Position numbers and translations under genes: made by a program. Under the pieces are notes generated by a model. That model was not told the origin of the DNA, did no database searches, and saw only the letters and a list, made by a program, of their open reading frames with translations. Positions 9,081 through 18,190 of a DNA stretch of 64,000 bases are shown in pieces (positions within the stretch are counted from its first letter, which is position 1; each line of letters begins with the position of its first letter). The DNA lies in contig JANWWA010000001.1 in the NCBI GenBank assembly GCA_025056565.1, forward strand, positions 157,966 through 221,965, written 5' to 3'. Origin of the DNA: Chloroherpetonaceae bacterium. GTDB taxonomy: Bacteria > Bacteroidota > Chlorobiia > Chlorobiales > Thermochlorobacteraceae.

Positions 9081-10034
9081 TTATGGCGTTTTTGCTAAGT
9101 TCGTTGTCGGTGCTGGCTCTACTGGCTTGGCTACCTCAATAATTTGGTAAGCCAATGCCCAGCTTTCTTTCGCCTCAGAGAATTCAGGCTGGAACTTAGC
9201 AAACTTGACCAAATCTGCTGTTTCCAATAGCCTGCGTATGCGTCCCACTTCTTCGGGCGGTCGGCGCATTTCCATTACAGCACAAATCTCCGATGTTAGC
9301 TGTTCCCGTGCGTTGAAGTTGTAGTAGTTTTCCAAAAATTCCCGCACAGTGTCGCTAAGCAGAGTGTAGTAGGTTTTGTAGTCCTCAGGCGTACGCAGCG
9401 AGTAGTCTGCTAAGCTCTGCAGCTTCTCAGATGCAATTTGGTAAGGCGTCTTGGCAGGTCGGTTCTCTACGGTCGGTGTTGGCATTGGCATAGGACGATG
9501 CCGCCAGTATCGCACCAGTAGGTAGATGCCCACTGCGACTGCCAGCAGCAATGCACCGCCCAACACATAAATCCACGCTGGCACAGGCACACTGCGCACT
9601 GGCTTAATGTCCACAATATCCTTACGTGCTGTATCCAGCAAGGAACGAACATAAACCTTTTGCGCCCCTAACCACAGTGAATCTGCACGATTTGCTGCTT
9701 CATCAAAGTAAGTAAGCCGAATGGGTGGCACGACCTGCATGCCTGTATCAAACACGGTCAGCGTATAGCGCACGCTCTCCAGTCGTAGCTCTTCTCTGGT
9801 TTCGTCAGGCAAGCGATTCATCTGGCGCACTTCAAACGGATAAAATACCAGTGAGTCGCTTGCGGCCGGATACTGCATCTGCACCGATGGCTTTTTAAGC
9901 ACCTGAATGGTGTAGAACACTTCATCGCCAATCGTGCATGTATCTGGCGATAGCGACACGGTTGCAACAGGCTGTGCCAGTGCACCTTGCATTACGAGCA
10001 GAATCAGACTCAGGCTCCCCCAAATGCGTCGCAT
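9081..10034 (-). CDS. membrane protein, BatD-like N-terminal domain plus DUF4381-like C-terminal region
   Basis: Signal peptide (LLVMQGALAQP), a beta-rich ectodomain, a central TM (WIYVLGGALLLAVAVGIYLLV) and a helical tail ending ...ADLVKFAKFQP, as I recall for DUF4381. The family call is tentative. Confidence 0.5.
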   Translation of the reverse strand: MRRIWGSLSLILLVMQGALAQPVATVSLSPDTCTIGDEVFYTIQVLKKPSVQMQYPAASDSLVFYPFEVRQMNRLPDETREELRLESVRYTLTVFDTGMQVVPPIRLTYFDEAANRADSLWLGAQKVYVRSLLDTARKDIVDIKPVRSVPVPAWIYVLGGALLLAVAVGIYLLVRYWRHRPMPMPTPTVENRPAKTPYQIASEKLQSLADYSLRTPEDYKTYYTLLSDTVREFLENYYNFNAREQLTSEICAVMEMRRPPEEVGRIRRLLETADLVKFAKFQPEFSEAKESWALAYQIIEVAKPVEPAPTTNLAKTP

Positions 10035-10159
10035 AGGTCTTTGGTCGTGTTACGTTCTCTGCATTGATTTTTTAGTGTGCAAAGTGCATCTCAAACTCTG
10101 ATTTCTGTGCCTCAAATCTTGCTTCTTCGAAAAGGCAGAAAGATAGGACGGAAATGTAG

Positions 10160-10182
10160 AAAGGCGGGCTTGACCCGCCTTT
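10160..10182 (-). terminator. putative hairpin terminator after the ABC substrate-binding gene
   Basis: AAAGGCGGG cttga CCCGCCTTT forms a 9-bp stem 25 nt past the stop at 10207. The flanking T-tract is weak. Confidence 0.4.
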
Positions 10183-10206
10183 GTCTTGCCACGAAAGAGA
10201 CTTTGA

Positions 10207-11235
10207 TTACAAAGGCTGCGATTCTGGCGGTGGTGTGAAACCAAGTTCCTGCGCCATTTTTGCATTGTGCACCAGCTTTCGCACTTTAACTGGACGCAAG
10301 CCTACTGCCACAAGGTCGCCTGTGTCAAAGTATTCAGCGGCAGCCTCACCTGCTTGATAGCCCCACATATAGAAATCTGCACCGTAGGCAATCGTTGCCC
10401 CACGCTTCACAAGCCCCGTTTCGGAGGTTACAATCGGCACCTTCTTTGCGAGTGTTTCCTTCAGGATAATCTCAAAGCTAGCAAAGACCAAATTGTCAGG
10501 TAAGGCAAAAAAGACATCGGGATTTTTTGCCAAAATCGCTTGCACGGCTTGCTGGGTTTCTGCCGTCGAGGTAATAGCCCGCTCCACCAGTTTGATATTA
10601 TTCTGCTTGCACTTTTTTCGGAGCTCCCCCATTGCGTTGGTAGAGTTCGGCTCAGCACTGTTGAAAATCACGCCAATTGTTTTTGTGTTCGGAAACGCTC
10701 GCTTGATAAGTGAAATGCTGGAATCAATATATGCCAGTGTTTCATAGACGCCAACAAGGTTCGGTGGCGGCTTGACATTGCCATCTTTGGTCTTAATTGC
10801 AAGGTCATTAATGGTTGGCGCGGGTCCCACCATCATAAAAATTGGAATCTCTTTGGTTTTCTTGAGTGCTGTCATCATTGGCAAGGTGGCATTGGCTGCA
10901 ATGCAGGTTACCTTGTCGGCAATGAACTTATCAATAATCTGGTTTAGCGTTGGAATATCATTTTGTGCGTTCTGGTAGATAATTTTCGCCGTCCCTGCCG
11001 TGTCAGAGTATCCTCTTTTAGCCAGCGCATCAATAAAGCCCTTGCGTGCCTCGTCGAGCGTTTCATCCTCGACGGGTTGCACAAAACCAATCACGACAGG
11101 TTTCTTGGCCGGTTTTTCAATAGAACTTTCAGGCTTTTTTGGCTCTTCTGGCTTCGATGTGCAACCGACTGCGCCACCAATTAGTGCCAGCCAGAAAAGA
11201 ACGCCGCGCCACATAGAAAAAGCAGTGCGATTCAT
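10207..11235 (-). CDS. ABC transporter substrate-binding lipoprotein (COG2984-type)
   Basis: Lipobox LIGGAVGC after MNRTAFSMWRGVLFWLA. The body resembles the 'ABC-type uncharacterised transport system periplasmic component' family. The track start at 11262 is TTG, and an ATG lies at 11235. Confidence 0.7.
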   Translation of the reverse strand: MNRTAFSMWRGVLFWLALIGGAVGCTSKPEEPKKPESSIEKPAKKPVVIGFVQPVEDETLDEARKGFIDALAKRGYSDTAGTAKIIYQNAQNDIPTLNQIIDKFIADKVTCIAANATLPMMTALKKTKEIPIFMMVGPAPTINDLAIKTKDGNVKPPPNLVGVYETLAYIDSSISLIKRAFPNTKTIGVIFNSAEPNSTNAMGELRKKCKQNNIKLVERAITSTAETQQAVQAILAKNPDVFFALPDNLVFASFEIILKETLAKKVPIVTSETGLVKRGATIAYGADFYMWGYQAGEAAAEYFDTGDLVAVGLRPVKVRKLVHNAKMAQELGFTPPPESQPL

Positions 11236-11333
11236 AGTCGAGTGTTTTTTGTTGTCTTGCAAAGCTTAAAGCCTTTACTGGTGTCTTTGTCAAAGTGAAT
11301 GTACGTCGCTGCATTTACCTATACGACCCTGCG

Positions 11334-12008
11334 TTATGGTCGCGTCGCCACCTCTTCGTTCCGAACTGTCAATTTCTTTGTTAAGTCTGTGCTCAGCACG
11401 CCTTGCAGCGTTGCCCACATCGACGGGTTACGGTTCAAGAGTCGTCGCAGTTCATCTTTTGACCAAGCAATGTATCGTGTAGGCGTCGTAAGCCGAACGG
11501 TTGCGGACGGTAGATTACCTGTCAGAAAGCTCATCTCTCCGACAAATGCACCATCTTTTAGCATGGCAACGCGCCGTCCTTTGGAAAGCACTTCAGCTTC
11601 TCCATTATAGATGAGCATCATTGAGTCGCATGGCTGCTGCTCTACGATGAGTATATCGTTTGGGTTACCTTCTTTCCACTTGCCTATATGCATCAGCTTC
11701 ATAAACTCTACTGGTGAAAAAGTCCGAAAGATGGTGCTGTAAAGTTCTTTTTCTTCCTCACTGAAATGCACGCTGCGTCGCTCTTTGAGCAGAATCCCAA
11801 TCCAGACCAGATTTACTACGATGAACACACCGTTCCAAAAGATATTTACCCAAAGCGGCTCGGCTGGCACAACATAGCAGTAAAAAATGCCTGCCAGCGA
11901 CGAAACAATCGACATCGTGCGCAGCCAGAAAATATCTCGCACCAAGTAGGAGAGAGCAATCAGCGCAAACGCCACGTTGCCGATTAGAAATCCTACCAGC
12001 TCATTCAT
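11334..12008 (-). CDS. membrane protein with 3 TM segments and a C-terminal cyclic-nucleotide-binding-like domain
   Basis: Three hydrophobic helices in the first 75 aa, then a CNB fold (LIVEQQPCDSMMLIYNGEAEVL...GAFVGEMSFLTGNLPSATVRL). Confidence 0.7.
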   Translation of the reverse strand: MNELVGFLIGNVAFALIALSYLVRDIFWLRTMSIVSSLAGIFYCYVVPAEPLWVNIFWNGVFIVVNLVWIGILLKERRSVHFSEEEKELYSTIFRTFSPVEFMKLMHIGKWKEGNPNDILIVEQQPCDSMMLIYNGEAEVLSKGRRVAMLKDGAFVGEMSFLTGNLPSATVRLTTPTRYIAWSKDELRRLLNRNPSMWATLQGVLSTDLTKKLTVRNEEVATRP

Positions 12009-12053
12009 TGTCGTCGGCTTAGGCGTTTGCGAAGATACGACTTTTGGGGAATT

Positions 12054-12719
12054 CTATTCCTTTGCCACTTTGGCTGTTAGCTTTGGCGAAGTCGGGCGTG
12101 GAAGCTCGAAGCGGTCTTTGATACCTGCATACCATAGTCCGCCCAGCCGCCCTATGGGGTCTAAGGCATCCATATCGATTTTGCCATCTTTGAACACGTG
12201 CTCCGCAAGATGCACTAGCACGATTTCACCTAATACCAGCGTGCCACCTAACGGCTCCGAGCCAATCTCAATGAGCTTGTAGAGCTTGCACTCGAAGTTA
12301 ATTGCGCTCTCTGCCACGCGCTTTGGCTTTACCAGCACCGATGGCTCACGCGTCAGCCCCACTTCATCAAACTCACTGACGCTATGGTCATAGTCGTAGC
12401 TTGTCTGATTCATTGCCTCAACCAAATGTCGACTCACGACATTGACGACAAATTCACCTGTCTCTCTCACATTGATGAGCGTGTCTTTCGGCACGCCTAC
12501 TGTTCGGCTACCTACGACATCACTCTTAATAGCTGGTGCAAAACATAGCACAGGGGGGTTTGCACTAGCGACCGTAAAGAATGAAAACGGCGCAAGGTTA
12601 TCAATGCCGTCCTTGCTCACTGTTGAGACCCATGCAATTGGGCGCGGCAAGACTGACCCAATCAGAATTTTGTAAAAGTCTCGTGGTGAGACTTCTTGCG
12701 GGTTGATTGTGGTTTTCAC
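12054..12719 (-). CDS. flavin reductase family protein (FMN-binding split barrel)
   Basis: FYKILIGSVLPRPIAWVSTVSKDGIDNLAPFSFF is typical of the flavin reductase-like domain. GTG start. Confidence 0.8.
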   Translation of the reverse strand: MKTTINPQEVSPRDFYKILIGSVLPRPIAWVSTVSKDGIDNLAPFSFFTVASANPPVLCFAPAIKSDVVGSRTVGVPKDTLINVRETGEFVVNVVSRHLVEAMNQTSYDYDHSVSEFDEVGLTREPSVLVKPKRVAESAINFECKLYKLIEIGSEPLGGTLVLGEIVLVHLAEHVFKDGKIDMDALDPIGRLGGLWYAGIKDRFELPRPTSPKLTAKVAKE

Positions 12720-12737
12720 GGGTAATTAGATTTGGGT

Positions 12738-13151
12738 TTAGTTTCTAAAGGTGATGGCAAATCGAACTGTGGTGCCTGTTTTAGAAAACTCATAGCGCAC
12801 ATCTTCTGCCAGCTGCTTGATAAGAAACACGCCGCGACCAGAAGGTTTGAGCAAGTTTTCTTCTGCAAGCGGGTTAGGCAACGCATCGGGGTCGAAGCCG
12901 TTGCCTTCATCGTGCACTTCGACCAAGAGACGATTGCCGTCAACAGTGCAGCGCAGCGTTGCCCGTTTTTTAGCATCTAACTTATTGCCGTGCAAAATGG
13001 CGTTGTTTGTAGCTTCGGTAATGACCAGCATCACATCATGCAGGCGCGCTTCAGAGAAGTGATGCTGCGCTGCCAGTTTCTTTACAAACTTCTCAACCCT
13101 ACGAACTTCGGTCAGCTTACTCTTCAGGCGCAGTTCGTAAGATGTCTTCAT
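12738..13151 (-). CDS. RsbW/SpoIIAB-type anti-sigma factor serine kinase (HATPase_c)
   Basis: VITEATNNAILHGN (N box), HDEGNGFD (G1) and SGRGVFLIKQL (G2). The track start at 13190 is GTG, so I prefer the ATG at 13151. Confidence 0.75.
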   Translation of the reverse strand: MKTSYELRLKSKLTEVRRVEKFVKKLAAQHHFSEARLHDVMLVITEATNNAILHGNKLDAKKRATLRCTVDGNRLLVEVHDEGNGFDPDALPNPLAEENLLKPSGRGVFLIKQLAEDVRYEFSKTGTTVRFAITFRN

Positions 13152-13183
13152 CAGCGGGAAATCGGTTGCCTCTGCTGGACGAT

Positions 13184-15208
13184 TCACCACGAGAATTGCA
13201 CGGCTAAGGTTAGATTCGGAATGATACGAATGACTGTGCCGTCCAGTTGCTCAACTTGATACCACCCGCTCGCTTCCAGTTCCGTTTGAGGCGCTGGGTA
13301 GTAAGTAATGCGAGCTGTCGGACCAAAATATAACACTTCTTGCTGTAAGCGTGGCACAGCTCCCAGAAATCCAAACTGCTGGCGCCAGAAGACTCTTACG
13401 CCAGCTGCGACTGCCAGTTGCTCACGGCGTAGCCACGCTTCTATGTGCATCAATCGGTCATTGAACGAGTTGAGTGGTCGTTCTGCAAAATCGCGCCAAA
13501 GTAGCTCTGCTCGTTCATAGATACGTTGGTCATAGAGTAATTTAAGAAAGAATGTCTTGGAAAGGCAAATTTCCGCCGAGTCTAAGAAGTTGAACTGACG
13601 GAAGGAAAAGCTGCGCACGCTTTGCACGGTCTCAAAAGGATACACCGTGTAGTTTGCCAGCACGCCAAATTCTGCATAGTTTCGAAAAGTTTCTCCAACT
13701 CTCCACCATACCGCAGGTGAGAGACGCAAAATGTAATTATCGGTGCTATTTGCGCTTTGCTGACGAAAAATGAACACATTGCGGCTCAGCGCGCCTGACA
13801 GCAAGAGACTTATCCCGAGAAACTTGCTCAGGCGCACACTATCGGACAGTGTTAGGAAATAACTCACCTCATCTCGGTCATCGTTGTTTTCAGGCGAAGG
13901 GGTATCGAAGCGAAAACCGCGCATCTGATACTGCAACGCCAGCCGATTGATAGGCTCGCCTGTTTCATCACGCAAGTGCCACTCTGCGCCACAGACCAGT
14001 GCCGCCACTTCAAAGGCGTTGTTGCGCAGTCGTTCTAATCGCAGTGCCTCTGGCACATTTTGCGAGGCATTTATCGGGCGGTAGGTTTCCGATTGCTGCT
14101 GATAGAGAAAGGAGAAGGATAGCTGCAGCGACGCCGTCCGATACAGTGCACTGGCTTGGGTTAGCAATCGCTGCTGCGCAATTTCATTATCATATAAACT
14201 GCGAGAGATGTCCAAGAATTGCTGGCTATTTTCACGCCTTACCAGTCGGTAGCGCAGCTCGAAGCGTGCTACCACTGACAGTGCTTCAGTTAAGTGATAG
14301 GAGATCGAATCGAGGGTATAGAGGTTTTGATCTACGCGCCGCTCGACGGCCACTTGTGGATTTTCGGGGCTACCAGTAAAAAAGACATTCGAGAAAAAAT
14401 CGCGCTGCACCCTTTCGTAGCCGCCTGACAGAGAAAGCGACGCCGCATCACTGTAATTTTGACGCAACACCAGCGTCGCCAGTGCGGTTTGATTGCGACG
14501 AGGACTTAAAAATTCTTCGCTTAGGTTTAGACTGGAGAATGCGGATAGACTACCGACCCTTAGACTGTCGAGCTGCGCACTGAGCGCATAAGTTATGCCA
14601 CTGGATGGCTGAGCCAACTGCTGTTCGGCTTTTGCACCCGCCAGCACACTGAGCAAAAGTAGTGAAGACGGTGCAAAGCCCATTCCCAACGCCACTGCAT
14701 TCGCCAATGCATCGTTGCGAAATAGACTGCGGCTATCGGAGAGTGTAAAGTTTGACACTTGTGCCCGCACTGTCCAGCCACTCTGAATTTGATGCACCAG
14801 CTCTGCCTGAAACTGATTTTCGTCGCGCACCGCCTGCTCACGCGCTACGCCCGCAAACTCTGCAAGGTTTGATGTAAATGCCTCGCTTGCGGACAGTTGC
14901 CAACCACCGAAGTCATGGAAGAATCCTGCTCGCGCACGCCAAAAGTAAGTATTCAAAAATCGCTCAAATGAGACACTTACGCTGCGACTTGTCAGCGCTC
15001 CGAATGCTGTCTTTGGGCGTAGCGAATCTTGGGCTTGTAAGGCAGTGGGAAGCCAAAGTATCCACAGCGCTGCAACTAGCCACCTTCGCAGCTTATGTCC
15101 GTAGGCGTGCCTTATCGCGCCGCTTCGGCTTTCACTTCGGAGACAAAGTTGCACGTGCGGTGAGAACCATCGCAGAATGGCTTTTTCTGACTCGCACCAC
15201 AGCGGCAA
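13184..15208 (-). CDS. predicted outer-membrane beta-barrel protein, family unknown
   Basis: Signal-peptide-like RRWLVAALWILWLPTALQAQD, alternating beta-strand-like sequence throughout, and a C-terminal ...LTLAVQFSW aromatic end. The start is uncertain (ATG at 15208 or GTG at 15154). Either start overlaps the CDGSH gene. Confidence 0.55.
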   Translation of the reverse strand: MPLWCESEKAILRWFSPHVQLCLRSESRSGAIRHAYGHKLRRWLVAALWILWLPTALQAQDSLRPKTAFGALTSRSVSVSFERFLNTYFWRARAGFFHDFGGWQLSASEAFTSNLAEFAGVAREQAVRDENQFQAELVHQIQSGWTVRAQVSNFTLSDSRSLFRNDALANAVALGMGFAPSSLLLLSVLAGAKAEQQLAQPSSGITYALSAQLDSLRVGSLSAFSSLNLSEEFLSPRRNQTALATLVLRQNYSDAASLSLSGGYERVQRDFFSNVFFTGSPENPQVAVERRVDQNLYTLDSISYHLTEALSVVARFELRYRLVRRENSQQFLDISRSLYDNEIAQQRLLTQASALYRTASLQLSFSFLYQQQSETYRPINASQNVPEALRLERLRNNAFEVAALVCGAEWHLRDETGEPINRLALQYQMRGFRFDTPSPENNDDRDEVSYFLTLSDSVRLSKFLGISLLLSGALSRNVFIFRQQSANSTDNYILRLSPAVWWRVGETFRNYAEFGVLANYTVYPFETVQSVRSFSFRQFNFLDSAEICLSKTFFLKLLYDQRIYERAELLWRDFAERPLNSFNDRLMHIEAWLRREQLAVAAGVRVFWRQQFGFLGAVPRLQQEVLYFGPTARITYYPAPQTELEASGWYQVEQLDGTVIRIIPNLTLAVQFSW

Positions 15209-15324
15209 AGAAAAATTGTCGGTTTAGACAGCTGAAACGCTGTTCCTGCCGCATCACAAAGTTCAAATGTATCGCCCTCAACTTTGATTGGGCCGTTGTT
15301 TAGCACGGTGATTTTAACAGGCAT
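15112..15324 (-). CDS. CDGSH iron-sulfur domain protein
   Basis: 70 aa with CRCGASQKKPFCDGSH, the CDGSH 2Fe-2S signature. Confidence 0.85.
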   Translation of the reverse strand: MPVKITVLNNGPIKVEGDTFELCDAAGTAFQLSKPTIFLCRCGASQKKPFCDGSHRTCNFVSEVKAEAAR

Positions 15325-15395
15325 TGCGAAGAAGGTTAGTCAGTTGTTTATTGTTTTCCCTGTTTAAACACTTTGCCGCGGCTCCACCGTTTGCC

Positions 15396-16661
15396 TTAGG
15401 TTGATTGTGGTAATGCTGCCGCTCGTTTTGTTTCGCCATTTGTTAGATACATCTGCCGCATATCGTAGCCCGTCGGGCGCTGGAAGATGCGTAGCTCAAA
15501 TTCTGGCACGATGGCAATAATATGGTTGAAAATTTCGGCTTGGACATTTTCATAGTCTACAAACGATGTCTCTGTCGTGAACGCCCAAATCTCAATAGGT
15601 ATGCCGTTCTCGGTTGGCTGCAAGTGCCGCACATTGAAGGTCATTCCTTTGTGAATCTTGGGGTGATTTTTAATGTAGTTGAACACATATGCACGAAAGG
15701 CGCCTAAGTTGGTAATTCGGCGTTCATCAACCAAACCTGCGCTGCCTTCTTGCACTGCTTCCCTGCGCCGCTGCTCAATATATTCTGCGATATACTTGAT
15801 CTTTGAGAGGCGCTCCATTGCGGCTTCATCAAGAAACTTTACCGAATGAATGTCAATGTTGATGGAACGCTTGATGCGCCGTGCCCCCATTTCAAACACT
15901 GACCGCCAGTTTTTGAACGATTCGCTAATGAGGGCATATGTTGGAATAATGGTGAAAGTATTGTCCCAATTTTGCACTCGCACCGTAGTTAGTGCAATTT
16001 CTGTAACAGTGCCATCGGCGTCGTATTTTGGCATCACAATCCAATCGCCTATTGCCACCAAGCGATTTGTTGCAATCTGAATGCCAGCGGTGAAGCCAAG
16101 CAGTGCATCACGAAAAATAATGAGCAACACGGCAGTAATTGCACCCAGACCTGAGAGCAAGACTAAGGGCGACTCGTTCAGCAAAATCGCTAACCCAAAG
16201 ATTGCACCTACGAAGACTGCAACAATCTGGAAGACCTGAACAATAACTTTGATGGGGAACTCTTTGGTTGATTTTGGTGACGACAGGTAAAGCGCTGCAG
16301 TTGCATTGAGCAGCGAAAACGACACCGCCACAGCTACCCAGATGATGTAAAAATCATTCAGGCGACCAAGAAAAGCCACTATATCTGGTGAGTTCGGAAA
16401 GAAAAACGGTGCCCCGACCTGCAGCACCACTGCTGGGGCTAAATGTGCCACACGGTCAAAGGTTTTGTGCTCCACTAACACATCGTCCCACTTCGATGTG
16501 CTCATCTGAGCCAGTCTATGAATCCATGCTAAGAGAATACGCCGCGCAATGAAATGGGAAGCGTAGCAGACCACAATCAAGAAAATAAACCCGAGCGCCA
16601 GCGTTATGAGATTTGCATACTTGATTCCAGCCGATTCAAGCCACTGTTGGAGTGCGTCCAT
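15396..16661 (-). CDS. mechanosensitive ion channel family protein (MscS-like)
   Basis: Multiple N-terminal TMs, then the block IATNRLVAIGDWIVM...DGTVTEIALTTVRVQNWDNTFTIIPT typical of the MscS beta domain. Confidence 0.8.
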   Translation of the reverse strand: MDALQQWLESAGIKYANLITLALGFIFLIVVCYASHFIARRILLAWIHRLAQMSTSKWDDVLVEHKTFDRVAHLAPAVVLQVGAPFFFPNSPDIVAFLGRLNDFYIIWVAVAVSFSLLNATAALYLSSPKSTKEFPIKVIVQVFQIVAVFVGAIFGLAILLNESPLVLLSGLGAITAVLLIIFRDALLGFTAGIQIATNRLVAIGDWIVMPKYDADGTVTEIALTTVRVQNWDNTFTIIPTYALISESFKNWRSVFEMGARRIKRSINIDIHSVKFLDEAAMERLSKIKYIAEYIEQRRREAVQEGSAGLVDERRITNLGAFRAYVFNYIKNHPKIHKGMTFNVRHLQPTENGIPIEIWAFTTETSFVDYENVQAEIFNHIIAIVPEFELRIFQRPTGYDMRQMYLTNGETKRAAALPQST

Positions 16662-16819
16662 CGTAATTCTTGAGGTTACGGTGTTCCAAATTGTTGGCGT
16701 GCAAGTTAGCCAAAAATATCCAATTATTTCTGGGCACTCTCACCACAGCTCTTAATTACATTGCAGGGGTTTTGTATATTGTCTCTGGTTGTGTTGCCAA
16801 CATTTGGAAAGGAGTAGCT

Positions 16820-18190
16820 ATGTCGCCCAGAGAGTTCATTGACTTTTATGCGCTATTAGGCGTTGCGCCGACTGCAACCGATGATGAAATTCGCCGTGCC
16901 TACATTGAGCGCATTAAGGCAACTCACCCCGATACGATGCCCCACTGTTCAGCTCACACGAAAGCCTCAGCTGAGGAAACAGCTCGCTTACTCAATCTTG
17001 CCAAAGAGACGCTGCTGTCACCCACTCGTCGCCAAGCCTTTGATGCTCTTTACCGCGCCAAAAAAGGCTACAGCCACTGCTCGCAAGGCGACACTTCTAA
17101 GGCACGGCGCGCTGAGTTTTACCGCAGTCTGCGCCTCACAGAGTCAATGCAGCGCATCAATCCGGGCTATGTGCTTTTCGGCATAGGTGTGCTCTACATT
17201 TTCTTCGCCTCAGTGGGACTTATCTGGCGTGGTGTGATGACGCAAGGCGGTGTGGTGCGTATTGCTGAAGCGGAACCTGTTACGACACTTTCAAAACCGC
17301 TTGCTGAGTATCGTCTGGCATCCACTGCTGTAGCCTTTGCACCTTGGGCTGACACATTGCCGACTGTGCTTTGCTCCACACCAGACGGCATTGCGCTCTA
17401 TGCTCTCTCCACAGGGCAAGTTCGTGCTCAATATAGGCTTCCATTTTCACCTTCGCTGCTTTGTCTCAGTGCGACTGTGTGGGTTGCCAGTGATGGTGCG
17501 CGCTTAGCAGCTGGGGCGCACAAGGCTCAGACACCGCCTCAGCTTTTTTCAGGTCATCAAAAGCCACTTTGTGCCCTTGCGCTTTCACCTGACCACACAC
17601 GCTTTGCTTCCGCCGCTGATGATCACACCATCAAGGTATGGAACTTAGAGACCGGTCAGTTAGAGCGCTCCTTTGTCTCGGGTGTTCAACCTGCTCGCTC
17701 GCTAGCCTACTCGCCCGATGGGAAATTCATTGCCTTCACAGACGATCGCTGGGTTAAAATTTGGATGTGGAAAAATGGAGCTGTTCGCCGTCTTACACAG
17801 CACCGTGACAGATTGCTTCACGTGTGCTGCTCTCCCCACTGGGTTGCCTCTGCCAGCGAAGGCGGCGAGATTCGCCAGACCCATTTGGCTACTGGTGCGG
17901 CCAAGCATCTTGGTCAAGAATCTGGGCAAATTACCAAGATGATTTACAGCCCTGATTACCGCTTCTTGCTCACTGCCAATTCTGACGGACGATTGCGCCT
18001 CTATGATGCCGCAGCCTTCAAGCTACTTGAAGTCTGGAACGCCCACTTGGGTAAGGCTCTGGAAATCGGTTTCAGTGATGATGGCAAGCACATTTACTCT
18101 TTCGGCGAAGACCAAGTGGTTCGCATTTGGGCTGTGCCCAATGCCTCACATTCGTCAAACTCTGCTCAACTGCAATCACCCGAACTATGA
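16820..18190 (+). CDS. J-domain / single TM / WD40-repeat protein (paralog 1)
   Basis: DFYALLGV...DEIRRAYIERIKATHPD (J domain with HPD), TM YVLFGIGVLYIFFASVGLIW, and WD40 units (DDHTIKVWNLETGQ, DQVVRIWAV). SD AAGGAG at 16809-16814. The track start at 16670 is a TTG extension. Confidence 0.8.
   Translation: MSPREFIDFYALLGVAPTATDDEIRRAYIERIKATHPDTMPHCSAHTKASAEETARLLNLAKETLLSPTRRQAFDALYRAKKGYSHCSQGDTSKARRAEFYRSLRLTESMQRINPGYVLFGIGVLYIFFASVGLIWRGVMTQGGVVRIAEAEPVTTLSKPLAEYRLASTAVAFAPWADTLPTVLCSTPDGIALYALSTGQVRAQYRLPFSPSLLCLSATVWVASDGARLAAGAHKAQTPPQLFSGHQKPLCALALSPDHTRFASAADDHTIKVWNLETGQLERSFVSGVQPARSLAYSPDGKFIAFTDDRWVKIWMWKNGAVRRLTQHRDRLLHVCCSPHWVASASEGGEIRQTHLATGAAKHLGQESGQITKMIYSPDYRFLLTANSDGRLRLYDAAAFKLLEVWNAHLGKALEIGFSDDGKHIYSFGEDQVVRIWAVPNASHSSNSAQLQSPEL

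Noticed and set aside
16670-16819. 50-codon N-terminal extension of the first J-WD40 ORF, and similar TTG/GTG-initiated extensions at 7054, 7690, 11262, 13190, 20688, 22103, 25137, 28003, 29080, 38248, 41772, 45903 and 48501
   Set aside because: The track reports the longest ATG/GTG/TTG ORF. In each case an internal ATG gives a canonical family N-terminus or a signal peptide, sometimes with an SD or a TAnnTTTG box in front.
18127-18186. Longer ldhA ORF starting at 18127
   Set aside because: The extension overlaps the end of the J-WD40 gene. The ATG at 18187 gives MKITFFD..., which is colinear with known LdhA N-termini.
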